DNA from: an uncultured Verrucomicrobiae bacterium
GTDB taxonomy: Bacteria; Verrucomicrobiota; Verrucomicrobiia; Chthoniobacterales; JAFAMB01
Length of the DNA stretch: 64,000 nt
NCBI GenBank assembly: GCA_963782115.1
Contig: CAWAIK010000005.1
Location: 64,001-128,000, forward strand
Direction: 5' to 3'
Below, one piece after another: positions 34,657 to 44,683 of the stretch. How positions within the stretch are numbered: the stretch's first letter is position 1; every line of letters starts with the position of its first letter. The translations under genes and the position numbers were made by a program. The notes below the pieces were generated by a model. It did no database searches. It worked only from the letters and a program-made list of their open reading frames with translations, and was not told the DNA's origin.

Positions 34657-34986
34657 TATTGTTTGGAGATGCTGTTGACGCAATAGAGAACCTGCTGATC
34701 TATTCAACTAAGCCCGCAATTCCAGAAACGAACGAAAACGAGAGTTTAAGAGCGGACAGGATTAATAACTCGAAAATGCCCCTGAAGGAGCAATTGCATT
34801 CCCCGCCATAACAACGCTAACCAAAAGTAAAGCGTCTCCCAAAATCGCTGCACTTCCAAGATGCCTGCTGGTCGGAATTCCGGCGTCTGCCTAACAGCAT
34901 ACAAATCGGTTCGTCCCGACTAACCCACTAATCTCCTTAGCAAATATCCCTTCGTGTCAGCGAATGCCTTAACAAGTTAGGTAAGT

Positions 34987-35559
34987 ATGACCAAAGCAAA
35001 TGATTTCGACGTAAGAACGCTTGGCACGCGCGCTTGCCAAGACCTTGAGGTCGTTTTCTCCAAATTCGAACCTTCCCACCTGGAAATACTCAGTCAGGAA
35101 CTCCTCGCCGCCAAGCGCATCGTCTGCTACGGCGTAGGCCGCGAAGGCCTCATGATGGCCGCTATCGCCATGCGCCTGATGCACGCAGGTTTCAAATCTT
35201 ACGTCGTGGGAGAAATGGTGACCCCGCCTGTGGGTGCGGGCGATGTCTTTTTTACCAGCGCTGGGCCGGGGCATTTTCCTATCATAGAGACCCTCTTAAA
35301 GGTGGCCCGGGAAGCGGGCGGCCGCACAGTCATCGTGACCGCTCAGCCCGCACGCGCGGCGGAAATGCCCGTGGACGTGATGATTCATCTGCCTGCCCAG
35401 ACCATGGTGGACGTGACGGCCGCACTGAGCGTCTTAACCATGGGCACCCATTACGAAGCGGCCTTGTTGTTGTTGGGCGATTTGCTGGTCCTGCGCCTTC
35501 TCGAGCTGACTAACCAAAAGCGCGAAGACATGTACACCCGGTACACCAACATGAAGTGA
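34987..35559 (+). CDS. SIS-domain sugar-phosphate isomerase (6-phospho-3-hexuloisomerase/HxlB-like)
   Basis: YGVGREGL, AMRLMH.G...VVGE, SAGPG, LTMGTHYE. Confidence 0.85.
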   Translation: MTKANDFDVRTLGTRACQDLEVVFSKFEPSHLEILSQELLAAKRIVCYGVGREGLMMAAIAMRLMHAGFKSYVVGEMVTPPVGAGDVFFTSAGPGHFPIIETLLKVAREAGGRTVIVTAQPARAAEMPVDVMIHLPAQTMVDVTAALSVLTMGTHYEAALLLLGDLLVLRLLELTNQKREDMYTRYTNMK

Positions 35560-35622
35560 AATGTTTCCTCCGTCCCTACTATATCAAACACCACCACTAA
35601 CCAACTACTCCAAAATCTAAGA

Positions 35623-36666
35623 ATGCATTCCCCCATGAAACGCAACGTATTGTTAGCCGTCGCATTGACAGCGCCTTTTTTGTTTACCGCCACCTTGGCG
35701 CGCGCAGAAGAACCCTGTTCGGCCTATCCCACCGGTACGGCCGAGAAAATCGAGTCGGTCGATTTGGGGAAAACTTTCGGCGCCGTGCCCGCCCCAAAAA
35801 AGCCGCTTCATTTTGTTTATGTAACGAAGACCTTGATCAACGAATTCTGGCAAGACGTTTCGGCAGGAATTAAAAGTGAGGCGGCCAAATACAACATTCG
35901 GGTCGACGTTCAGGCCCCAAAAGACGAGTCCTCCCTCGTTGAGCAACTGAACCTCGCGCAAACGATGCTATCGCAGAAACCGGACGCTTTGTTGCTTTCA
36001 CCGCAGTCCGATTCAAACATGGTCCCGGTAGTCCAAGCGGCCAAGAAGCTTAACATCCCGACTGTTGTTATCGACGATGCGCGGACCGAAGGCGCCAGCA
36101 CGTACGTTGGCACCGACCAGGTCGCCATCGGGGCCAGTGCGGCGGAGTTCCTGCACAAACTCTATCCGGATGGCGCCAAGATTGCTCAGATCGAAGGGCA
36201 AGCCGGTTCTCCCAACGCGCGGAAGCGGATTCAAGGGTTTACCGAGACGGTCAAAAAATATAGCAACCTGAAGCTGGTCGCGAGCCAACCTGGTAACTGG
36301 GACCGGATGACCGCCCTGAATGTGACCTCCAACATCTTGCGGCAGAACCCTGATCTGGGGGGTATTTACGCTAACAATGACGGCATGGCCTTAGGTGTCT
36401 TCGAGGCGGTCAAAAATGCCGGTAAACAAAGGCAGGTCGCGGTGGTCGGCACGGATGGCATCCGTGAAGCCAAGCGGTCCGTCGGCGCCGGCGAAATGCG
36501 CGCTACGGTAGCCGAATTCCCTTATGATGAGGGCGTGCTTGGTGTGCAAGCGGCCTTACGACTCCTGGGCTGCCAGGCCATCCCTCCTTGGGTCGTGTCG
36601 CCGCAGGCAGTCATCACCAGCGACAACGTCAAGGACTTCCCCAATCCGCCCGCCTTCAAAAAGTAA
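35623..36666 (+). CDS. Monosaccharide ABC substrate-binding protein
   Basis: Signal peptide, KTLINEFW, ASQPGNWDR, NNDGMALG, GTDG. Confidence 0.92.
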   Translation: MHSPMKRNVLLAVALTAPFLFTATLARAEEPCSAYPTGTAEKIESVDLGKTFGAVPAPKKPLHFVYVTKTLINEFWQDVSAGIKSEAAKYNIRVDVQAPKDESSLVEQLNLAQTMLSQKPDALLLSPQSDSNMVPVVQAAKKLNIPTVVIDDARTEGASTYVGTDQVAIGASAAEFLHKLYPDGAKIAQIEGQAGSPNARKRIQGFTETVKKYSNLKLVASQPGNWDRMTALNVTSNILRQNPDLGGIYANNDGMALGVFEAVKNAGKQRQVAVVGTDGIREAKRSVGAGEMRATVAEFPYDEGVLGVQAALRLLGCQAIPPWVVSPQAVITSDNVKDFPNPPAFKK

Positions 36667-36670
36667 GATC

Positions 36671-38230
36671 ATGTCCTATTTCGTGAAGGAAACAATGCAG
36701 ATCCCGAATGTTGATCCCTCTCCGAAGTTGCTGCTCCAATTGAAAGGCATCGTCAAAGCGTTTGCGGGCGTCCAAGCGCTGAAGGGAGTGGATTTTGACC
36801 TCAGGGCAGGAGAAGTCCACGCCCTGATGGGCGAAAACGGGGCTGGTAAATCGACCTTGATGAAGATCCTCTTCGGCGTGCAGCCGCCGGATTCTGGTAC
36901 GATCGAAATCGATGGCCACGGCGAAGTCGCCATCGACGATCCACGACACGCTCTCGCGCTGGGAGTTGGATTGGTCAGCCAGGAGCCAAGCCTGGTTCCC
37001 CAGCTCGATGTCGCGCAGAACATTTTCCTGGGGCAAACCGATGCGCTCAACGTGGTCAAGCGAGCGGAGTTCCAGGCCAAAGCGAGAGAGATTTTGCAGC
37101 CGCTCGCTCCGCGGCTCTCGGTCACCACCCGGGTGTCGTCTCTTGGGATGGCAGAGCTGCAGGTCGTTGAAATTGCTCGAACCTTAGCGCGAGGCGCCAA
37201 GATCATCGGGTTTGACGAACCCACTTCCAGCCTCACACCGGCAGAACGAGATGGGTTATTCGCCCTCATTCGACAATTAAAAAACAGCGGGAAGGGAATC
37301 ATTTATATTTCACATCGAATTCCTGAAGTTTACGCCATTTCCGATCGCGTAACAGTCCTCAGAGATGGTCAAGTAGTGGCAAACCGTGCGACGAGGGACG
37401 TCGCCCCAGACGACCTGATCAACTTGATCGCCGGACGACGCCTGGCGGAAGAATTGCACCGCCCGATAAAACCAAGTGCACTTCAGGGTCGGACAGAAGC
37501 CTTGAGGCTCGAAGGCGTCTGCGCGGAAGGAAAATTGAGCGGCATCAACCTAACGGTGCACACCGGCGAAATCTTCGGTTTAGCCGGGTTGGTCGGTTCC
37601 GGCCGGACGGAGCTGGTGCGATGTATCTTTGGCGCCGATCGCAAAGATGCCGGGACGATCTATGTGAACGGAAAGCCGCTCAACGTCCAAAGCTCCTCGG
37701 ACGCCATAGCCGCCGGAATCGCTCTGATTCCGGAGGACCGGCGCAAACAGGCTCTCGTGCCGGTCATGGACGTGGAACGAAATTTTGGACTCGCGAACTA
37801 TCGGCAGTACGCGCCTTCCGGCTTTTTGCGGCTCAAGCAACGGCGAAAGGCTATCGAGCGCTACATTGAAGAAATGTCTATTCGTCCTCGCCGTGCCGGA
37901 GTTCGGATACGCAATCTTTCCGGAGGCAATCAGCAGAAAGTGGTGATTGCCCGCTGGCTTCAATCGGGTGCTAGGATTCTTCTCTTCGATGAACCGACTC
38001 GCGGAATAGACGTCGGCGCCAAATTTGAAATTCACGAACTGATGCGCCGCTTGGCCAAAGATGGATGCGCTCTTTTGGTGATCTCCTCCGAATTGCCGGA
38101 AGTCTTGGCCCTTTGCGACCGCATCGGAATCATGCGCGGAGGCCGGTTAGTCAATACTTTCGATGACTGTTCCCAGTTAAATGAGGATCTACTTATGAAA
38201 TATGCCAGCGGGGAGGTCGCTCTCGTATGA
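36671..38230 (+). CDS. Monosaccharide ABC ATP-binding protein (RbsA-like)
   Basis: GENGAGKST, FDEPT, LSGGNQQK, FDEPTRGIDVGAK. Confidence 0.95.
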   Translation: MSYFVKETMQIPNVDPSPKLLLQLKGIVKAFAGVQALKGVDFDLRAGEVHALMGENGAGKSTLMKILFGVQPPDSGTIEIDGHGEVAIDDPRHALALGVGLVSQEPSLVPQLDVAQNIFLGQTDALNVVKRAEFQAKAREILQPLAPRLSVTTRVSSLGMAELQVVEIARTLARGAKIIGFDEPTSSLTPAERDGLFALIRQLKNSGKGIIYISHRIPEVYAISDRVTVLRDGQVVANRATRDVAPDDLINLIAGRRLAEELHRPIKPSALQGRTEALRLEGVCAEGKLSGINLTVHTGEIFGLAGLVGSGRTELVRCIFGADRKDAGTIYVNGKPLNVQSSSDAIAAGIALIPEDRRKQALVPVMDVERNFGLANYRQYAPSGFLRLKQRRKAIERYIEEMSIRPRRAGVRIRNLSGGNQQKVVIARWLQSGARILLFDEPTRGIDVGAKFEIHELMRRLAKDGCALLVISSELPEVLALCDRIGIMRGGRLVNTFDDCSQLNEDLLMKYASGEVALV

Positions 38231-39219
38231 CCAGCGAACCTCTATCTTCCTCTTCGGCTCCCGCCGAAACGCCTATCAAATCCCAGAAAAAAGGCGTTCA
38301 AATGGAATGGGTGAGGCGCGCCAGTGTTCTCGTCGGCGTCGCACTGCTTTTCATCTTATTTTCAGTCCTCACTCAGAGTTTCTACCAGCCGGCGAACCTA
38401 CTGGACATCCTGCTGCAATCCTCGATCAACACGATGATTGCAGTCGGCATGACGCTAGTGGTGATGACGCGTGGTATCGACCTTTCGGTCGGGTCAGTGG
38501 TGGGTCTTAGCAGCATGATCGCAGCCAGTTTTCTGCAGGGAAACCTTTTGCTAGGAACTATGGCTGGGATGCTAGTAGGAGTGGTCTGTGGTTTGGTGAA
38601 CGGCCTCCTGATCGCCAAGCTCAAGCTGCCTGACTTTATCGTTACGTTAGGCATGCTCAGCATCTATCGCGGGCTGGCCCTCATCTACACGGACGGTAAG
38701 CCCATCTATGGCATCGATCCCACGTTTCGTGCCATCTTTGCAGGCGACCTGGCCGGCATTCCCACGCCGGTGCTCCTTGCCCTGGCGATCGCGTTCGTGG
38801 CATTCCTGCTGGTGCGCTACACGGCTTTGGGAGAGCAGATCATCGCCGTGGGCGGCAACGAAGAAGCGGCTCGACTTTCCGGGATCAACATCGACCGCGT
38901 CAAAATCTGCGTTTATGCGATCTCCGGATTGCTGGCAAGCCTGGCCGGTTTTGTCCTGATCGGCCGGGTGGGTGCAGCCGAACCGATTGGCGGTACGGGA
39001 TTCGAACTGCAAGCCATCGGCGCGGCCGTCATCGGCGGTGCGAGCCTCTTTGGCGGCGAGGGCAACCCCTTGGGGTCCCTGATTGGTGCCCTGACATTGG
39101 GCGCGATGCAGAATGGCTTGACGTTGTTAAATGTCCCGTCTTTCTGGCAACTCGTGGCAACCGGCGTGGTCGTCATCCTGGCCGTATTTGCAGACCAGGC
39201 CACCCGGAAGCGGCAATAA
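38227..39219 (+). CDS. Monosaccharide ABC permease (RbsC-like)
   Basis: GIDLSVG, GGNEEAARLSG, ELQAIGAAVIGG. Confidence 0.95.
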   Translation: MTSEPLSSSSAPAETPIKSQKKGVQMEWVRRASVLVGVALLFILFSVLTQSFYQPANLLDILLQSSINTMIAVGMTLVVMTRGIDLSVGSVVGLSSMIAASFLQGNLLLGTMAGMLVGVVCGLVNGLLIAKLKLPDFIVTLGMLSIYRGLALIYTDGKPIYGIDPTFRAIFAGDLAGIPTPVLLALAIAFVAFLLVRYTALGEQIIAVGGNEEAARLSGINIDRVKICVYAISGLLASLAGFVLIGRVGAAEPIGGTGFELQAIGAAVIGGASLFGGEGNPLGSLIGALTLGAMQNGLTLLNVPSFWQLVATGVVVILAVFADQATRKRQ

Positions 39220-39235
39220 AGGGGAGAAGTGACGC

Positions 39236-40138
39236 ATGTTGGACGCCCAGCCAATCATTGACCCGCACCACCATCTTTGGGACCTCGAGCGCAATAAGTA
39301 TCCATGGCTGCAGGACCGCACTTTGGCGCCGCGCCTGGAAGGCGACATCCGATCCATTGCCAAGGACTATCTGCTGGAGGACTATTGGGCGGACACCCGC
39401 AACCAGAACGTGGTGAAATCCGTGCATGTTGAGTGCGGGTGGGATCCGTCCAACCCAGTGGGCGAGACCGAGTGGTTGCAACGACTCGCCGATCAGCACG
39501 GTTCCCCCCACGGGATCGTGGCCCGTGCGACCTTGGATGCGCGGAACGTTGAGCAGGTGCTGGAGGGTCACTCCCGCCACAAGAACATTCGTGGCATTCG
39601 TCACGCCATCAATTGGCATCCTGACCCCGCCAAGACCTACGTGAACCGTCCTGACCTGATCCAGACGAAAGCATGGCGACACGGCTTTAGCCTGCTCCAA
39701 CGGTTTGGCTTATCTTTTGACCTTCAGCTTTACCCCGCTCAGATGGCCGACGCCGCCGCGCTGGCGCGTGCTTATCCTGATGTCCTGATCATCCTTAACC
39801 ACGCTGGAATGCCCGTAGACCGCGACGAGGAAGGCATTCGTCTTTGGCAGCGCGGCATGCGGGAACTGGCGGCTGCTCCCAACGTCGTGGTCAAGATCTC
39901 AGGACTGGGCACGGTGGACTGGAACTGGACGATGGAAAGCATTGGTCCCTTTGTCCTTGAGACGATTGAGGCCTTTGGCATTCCCCGATGCATGTTCGCC
40001 AGCAATTTTCCCGTGGACAAACTCTACAGCGACTTCGACACCCTCTACGCGGCTTTTCGCGAGATAACCAAACATTTTAGCGTGGACGAGCGCCAGATGC
40101 TCTTTCACGACAACGCTGCGCGTTACTACCGCCTTTAA
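39236..40138 (+). CDS. Amidohydrolase_2-family protein (sugar lactonase-like)
   Basis: IIDPHHHLW, SFDLQ, LNHAG, KISG, FASNFP. Confidence 0.9.
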   Translation: MLDAQPIIDPHHHLWDLERNKYPWLQDRTLAPRLEGDIRSIAKDYLLEDYWADTRNQNVVKSVHVECGWDPSNPVGETEWLQRLADQHGSPHGIVARATLDARNVEQVLEGHSRHKNIRGIRHAINWHPDPAKTYVNRPDLIQTKAWRHGFSLLQRFGLSFDLQLYPAQMADAAALARAYPDVLIILNHAGMPVDRDEEGIRLWQRGMRELAAAPNVVVKISGLGTVDWNWTMESIGPFVLETIEAFGIPRCMFASNFPVDKLYSDFDTLYAAFREITKHFSVDERQMLFHDNAARYYRL

Positions 40139-40277
40139 ACAGTGGTCAGTGTCAGTTGGCAGTGCCAGTTCGAGAGCAATGCCCCAGTTAACTCATAGCT
40201 AATGCTCTGGAATGGCAAGGCCAAGATTCAATAAACAATCATCAGGACCAAAACCAGAGCTTATGGCGGCACCCGCG

Positions 40278-40340
40278 CACTGACACTGACACTGACTACT
40301 AACACTGACTACTAACACTAACACTGACACTGACACTGAC
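40278..40340. repeat. Degenerate (ACACTG/ACTACTA)n tandem repeat
   Basis: CACTGACACTGACACTGACTACTAACACTGACTACTAACACTAACACTGACACTGACACTGAC; complementary tract at 40141-40170. Confidence 0.9.
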
Positions 40341-40350
40341 AACTTCTTCC

Positions 40351-41328
40351 ATGAAATACGCTTCCAGATTGAATTCGTTTTCGTCTTGCCCAGAACGTTG
40401 TTGGGGAACCGCCACTTACAAACCCAGCCCGCTGGAGTTGATTAAGCGTGCCAGCGGCGTTCGCGGGCTCTCTGCCGTTGACCTGAATTATCCAGATCAC
40501 TTTGCAGGCCCCAAACCTGAACAAATCATCTCCGTTGCTCGCGATCAGGGATTGACAGTGAACGGAATCGCGATGCGCTACTACTCCGACCCTGGGTTTA
40601 AATTGGGAGCGTTCACCCACCCGGATTCACGCGTCCGGCAAGCCGCCATCGACCTCACCAAGAAGGCGATGGATCTCCTCGAGCAAACGGGCGGTAACTT
40701 ACTCACCATTTGGCTCGGCCAAGACGGTTGGGAGTATCCTTTTCAGGTGGATTACGAAGCCATTTGGGAAGCGGAAACCGACGCTATTCGGGAAGTCGCT
40801 GACCACAATCATTCCATTCAGATAAGCATCGAATACAAGCCTAGCGAGCCGCGCAGTTTCAGTCTGCTGTCGAACCTCGGGATGACATTGCTGGCCCTCA
40901 AAAAGGTGGACCGCCCAAACCTTGGCGTCACCCTAGACTTCGCTCACGTCCTTTACGCCGGCGAACTCCCCGCCTTTGCCACCGCCATGATTCAGCGCGA
41001 AAGCCAGCTCTTGGGCATCCACCTCAACGATGGGTACGGCCGTCGTGACGACGGCCTGATGGTCGGTGCAGTCAACCTGATGCAGACGTTGGAGCTGCTG
41101 TTCCAACTCATCCGAAAAGGCTTCGATGGCGTCATCTACTTTGACACTTTTCCCGACGTTACCGGTCTAGACCCGGTTCAGGAATGCGAGAACAACATTG
41201 CGATGGTGAACGCCCTCTGGGGAGTGGCCAAGCGACTAACGGACCAAAAGGATTTGCTGCAGGCGATTAAGCGCCAGGATGCGGTCGTTAGCCAGAATCT
41301 GATTCGACAAGCCATCTTAGGCGCCTGA
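40351..41328 (+). CDS. Xylose-isomerase-like TIM-barrel sugar isomerase
   Basis: W.GQDG, IEYKPSEPR, TLDFAH, HLNDG..DD, YFDTFP metal-ligand motifs. Confidence 0.85.
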   Translation: MKYASRLNSFSSCPERCWGTATYKPSPLELIKRASGVRGLSAVDLNYPDHFAGPKPEQIISVARDQGLTVNGIAMRYYSDPGFKLGAFTHPDSRVRQAAIDLTKKAMDLLEQTGGNLLTIWLGQDGWEYPFQVDYEAIWEAETDAIREVADHNHSIQISIEYKPSEPRSFSLLSNLGMTLLALKKVDRPNLGVTLDFAHVLYAGELPAFATAMIQRESQLLGIHLNDGYGRRDDGLMVGAVNLMQTLELLFQLIRKGFDGVIYFDTFPDVTGLDPVQECENNIAMVNALWGVAKRLTDQKDLLQAIKRQDAVVSQNLIRQAILGA

Positions 41329-41340
41329 AGGGAGCAGATA

Positions 41341-41405
41341 GTAAGCCGTCCCGGCTTACCTCCGGTTGCGCGGGCTGAAGAGGTAAGGCGAGACGCCTTA
41401 CTTAC
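41341..41405. repeat. Inverted pair of REP hairpins (GTAAGGCG family)
   Basis: GTAAGCCGTCCCGGCTTAC (41341-41359) and GTAAGGCGAGACGCCTTACTTAC (41383-41405). Confidence 0.85.
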
Positions 41406-41458
41406 GACCTGCCCACATAGGTGAGTCAGAAACAAAAGAGAGTTAGAAAGAAATAATC

Positions 41459-42208
41459 ATGTTATTAGAAGATCGAGTCGCCGTCATTTCGGGCGCAGCG
41501 ACGCAAAAAGGAATTGGACTAGCCACCGCGCAGCTTTTCGCGGAAAACGGAGCTGCCGTGGCTATTCTGGATTTAGAACGTCAAGCCCCGGCGCAAGTCG
41601 CAACCTCGATTGGAAAGAGGCATCGTGGTTACGTGTGCGACGTGACCAAAAAGGATCAATGCGAAGGAGTGGCGCGACAAATCATCGAAGATTTTGGCGG
41701 AGTGGACATTCTGATTAACAATGCAGGGATCACGCAACCCATTCGTATTATGGGGATTGAACCTCATCACTATGATGCGGTGTTAGACGTTAACCTGCGA
41801 GGCATGTTGTACCTTTCGCAGGCTTTTATCCCGCACATGATCAGCCGAGGAAAAGGGTCCATCGCGTCGACCTCGTCAGTTTCCGCTCTGACGGGCGGAG
41901 GGTTCTTCGGAGGGCCGCATTACTCGGCCGCAAAAGCCGGGATGCTGGGACTGACCAAGGACATGGCCCGCGAGCTTGGGCCCAAAGGGATTCGAGTCAA
42001 CGCGGTGGCACCCGGGATGGTCGACACCGACATCCGCGGTGATCTCATGAGCCAGGAGATCTTTGACAAAATTCTGAGCACCATCCCGATGGGGCGCATC
42101 GCCAGCCCGCGGGAAATCGCGAGCGCGTTTTTGTTTTTGGCCTCCGACCTCTCCTCCTTCGTTAACGGAGCGACCATTGACGTCAATGGCGGTATGTATA
42201 TCCGCTAG
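41459..42208 (+). CDS. SDR-family oxidoreductase
   Basis: SGAATQKGIG, NNAG, YSAAK, VNAVAPG. Confidence 0.93.
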   Translation: MLLEDRVAVISGAATQKGIGLATAQLFAENGAAVAILDLERQAPAQVATSIGKRHRGYVCDVTKKDQCEGVARQIIEDFGGVDILINNAGITQPIRIMGIEPHHYDAVLDVNLRGMLYLSQAFIPHMISRGKGSIASTSSVSALTGGGFFGGPHYSAAKAGMLGLTKDMARELGPKGIRVNAVAPGMVDTDIRGDLMSQEIFDKILSTIPMGRIASPREIASAFLFLASDLSSFVNGATIDVNGGMYIR

Positions 42209-42230
42209 GGCACTTTTTGAGGTTTTATAT

Positions 42231-42423
42231 GTTTCGCGTCACGTCCCAATCGTCCTCGTTGTCGTCCTTCGTCCTCGGCTGTTTTTCGGGGTGGTACGAG
42301 CGAAGCTCTCGCCGGTTGCTTTCTCCGTTGATCCCTCTTCCATCCTGGCAAACCGCGTCGATCCCCAACCGAGGACGAAGGACGACGACGAAGGACGAGG
42401 AGGATTAGAACACGACGCTAAAC
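42231..42423. repeat. MITE-like element (GTTT(A/C)GCGTC...GACGCTAAAC family)
   Basis: Inverted ends and internal GTCCTTCGTCCTCG / CGAGGACGAAGGAC arms; homologous to 43830-44017. Confidence 0.85.
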
Positions 42424-42457
42424 GCAGACCAGCGGTCAACCAATTTAAGTGGAAGGT

Positions 42458-43447
42458 ATGACTATCGAAGACATTCTTTACGGTGCCGCAGATGAGTTTG
42501 AAGAAACGGGGACCTCTGCGCGCGTAGTTGTGCTCGGGAGCCTGCATCTGGACATTCTGGTGCACGCCCCCGACCGGCCGAAAAAGGGCGAGACGCTGCC
42601 CGGAAGCGCTTGGGGCTACAAGGCGGGCGGGAAAGGAGGAAATCAAGCGGTTGCCGCCGCACAGTTCGGCGCTCGGGCGTCGATGGTCAGCAGGGTGGGC
42701 AACGATGATTTCGGCAAACGCCTGTTAAGCCACTTGAGGGACGCCGGGGTAGACGCGGAACACGTCTATACGGATCCCGAAGCAGGCTCGGGGATGAGCG
42801 TGGCCATCATCGACGCCGAGGGCGACTATGGTGCAGTCATCGTCTCCGGAGCAAACCTCCGGCTGTCCAACAAAGATCTCGAGGAAGCGCAGGAGGTTAT
42901 TCGCAGTGCGCAGGTTCTCGTGCTCCAAAACGAGGTTCTTGAAGCCACTAACGTCGCAGCAGCGCATTTGGCCAAGGATTACCGCATCCGGGTGATTTTG
43001 AACGCGGCGCCGGCTCGGCCACTTGAACCTGACTTGGCCGCCAACATCGACGTTCTGGTCGTCAACGCCGTGGAAGCTGAGATGATCTGTGGCGTTGCGG
43101 TAACTAGCTTGCCTACGGCGACCGAAGCCGCCGCGCTACTTTCCGAACAAGTCGCCAACGTAGTTGTTACCGCTGGCGGCTTGGGCTTGGCCGTGGCCGA
43201 ACGCGGGAATAACCCGTACGCGGAAGCCGCTCATCCGGTAAAATTGGTCGACACCCACGGCGCGGGCGACGCGTTTATCGGCGCGCTGGCCGCCCGCTGG
43301 GCCAGCGGCGTGTCGGTAGTAGAAGCCGTTCGCTTCGCAAATGCCGCCGCCGCGCTTTTTGTTAGCACGCCGGCCGATCAGAAGAAAGCCGTCACGTCAG
43401 ATCAAGTGACCCGGTTTTTATCCGAGCGCCGGCAACCAATGTCCTAA
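42458..43447 (+). CDS. rbsK: Ribokinase (PfkB family)
   Basis: GGKGGNQAVAAA, VGNDDFG, VSGAN, LQNE, NAAPA, DTHGAGDAF. Confidence 0.85.
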   Translation: MTIEDILYGAADEFEETGTSARVVVLGSLHLDILVHAPDRPKKGETLPGSAWGYKAGGKGGNQAVAAAQFGARASMVSRVGNDDFGKRLLSHLRDAGVDAEHVYTDPEAGSGMSVAIIDAEGDYGAVIVSGANLRLSNKDLEEAQEVIRSAQVLVLQNEVLEATNVAAAHLAKDYRIRVILNAAPARPLEPDLAANIDVLVVNAVEAEMICGVAVTSLPTATEAAALLSEQVANVVVTAGGLGLAVAERGNNPYAEAAHPVKLVDTHGAGDAFIGALAARWASGVSVVEAVRFANAAAALFVSTPADQKKAVTSDQVTRFLSERRQPMS

Positions 43448-43553
43448 GCGTCAGCATCAACAATGAGACACTGGGTTGACTTGTCACCCTACTATGCACG
43501 AAGTCCTCCATTTTGTTCTGCATAAGTGAATTAACCAAGAAGCACCGCACGCT

Positions 43554-43798
43554 ATGCTTAAAATATTTCCTCCGTCATCAGCCCTGATCTTCTGTGGCTG
43601 CTGGCTTCCATGGGGCACGGCGACGACCTGGTACTCGTCGATCGTAATTTCCCCGCAATCCAGGTTGCCAAACAGACCTCGACAGGCCGGCTTATTGAAC
43701 TACCCGGCCTCAACATCCCTCAGGCCACTCGCGCCATTCTCTCCCTCATGCCGCTCGACCACTTCGTCGAGGAACCTGTCACACGCATGAGAGGATAA
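43554..43798 (+). pseudogene. RbsD/FucU mutarotase, frameshifted and truncated
   Basis: MLK.I...ISPDLLWLLA / MGHGDDLVLVDRNFP...AILSLMPLD.F; ends just before a MITE. Confidence 0.85.
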
Positions 43799-43829
43799 TT
43801 TGCTGTAGGGTCGAGCGCGATTTCAAGTA

Positions 43830-44017
43830 TCTGTTTAGCGTCCTGTCCCGATCCTTCTCGTCCTTCGTCCTCGGCCGTTTTTCGGGTGGTACGAGCGAAA
43901 CTCCCGTCGCTTTCTTTCTCCGTTCATCCTTCTTCCATTCTGCAAACTGCCTCGATCCCCAGCGAGGACGAAGGACGACGACGAGGACGAGACGATTAAG
44001 GCAGGGCGCTAAACAGA
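43830..44017. repeat. MITE-like element, intact copy
   Basis: TCTGTTTAGCG...CGCTAAACAGA termini; ~190 bp. Confidence 0.88.
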
Positions 44018-44198
44018 ACGATTTCAACGAAATCGCTGGAAGGACACTGGCAACTCGTGGGTACTCTGGAGGCTCTGAACGGAATGCTTCTGCAAGTGAC
44101 TACCGCGAATGGCACTAAGTTAAGGCGGATTTAGGATGTTTTACCGCCCCGAAGGCAGTCTGCAGTTTGGAGATTACAAGAGCTATTTAGGCCACGTG

Positions 44199-44365
44199 GT
44201 AAGGGGAGACGCCTTACTTACTGCTGCGGGCAAACCGGGGTTGTTTGCTTACGGAAGAGGGTAAGGCGGGACGCCTTACTTACGACCGCGGGCGAACCGG
44301 GGTTGTTTGATTATCCATCGCACTATGTCCCGCCTATCCGCCGTAGGTAAGGCGTCTGGCCTTAC
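44199..44365. repeat. BIME-like cluster of three REP hairpins
   Basis: REPs at 44199-44221 and 44261-44283 (62-bp period with linker GCGGGC.AACCGGGGTTGTTTG) and an inverted copy GTAGGTAAGGCGTCTGGCCTTAC at 44343-44365. Confidence 0.85.
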
Positions 44366-44683
44366 CTTCCCGGGTTCAGACCTTGGGCTGATCGCGACGC
44401 CAGCCGTCCCGCCCTACGTGTTGCCGGGAGCGGCGGCGATCCTCATTGCTCTTTTTGCGATTCAGCCTCAGGGCACCGCTCGGCCACGAACACATCAATA
44501 TGCTTGCCGTTATGCCTTCACCTTGCCAGACTGCGTTGCCCGTGGTAAGCCCCATCTGATCCGTGATCCCAATCAGCCAGCGGATGAGGCGTAATGACCT
44601 TACCTAGTAATCCTGTTCCGTTGCTACCCGGACCCCTGGTTGCGGACTCTTCGAACCGACGCAATTCAGATTGGCGGAAGGGA

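Noticed and set aside
34680..34980. Possible riboswitch in the long leader of the SIS gene
   Set aside because: No recognisable aptamer consensus or terminator
40351..41328. Naming the isomerase as apiose or rhamnose isomerase
   Set aside because: The fold motifs are clear but the substrate cannot be supported from the sequence
44199..44310. Possible CRISPR array (repeat with 62-bp period)
   Set aside because: Only two tandem units, the spacers resemble each other, the repeat is a dispersed REP, and no cas genes are present
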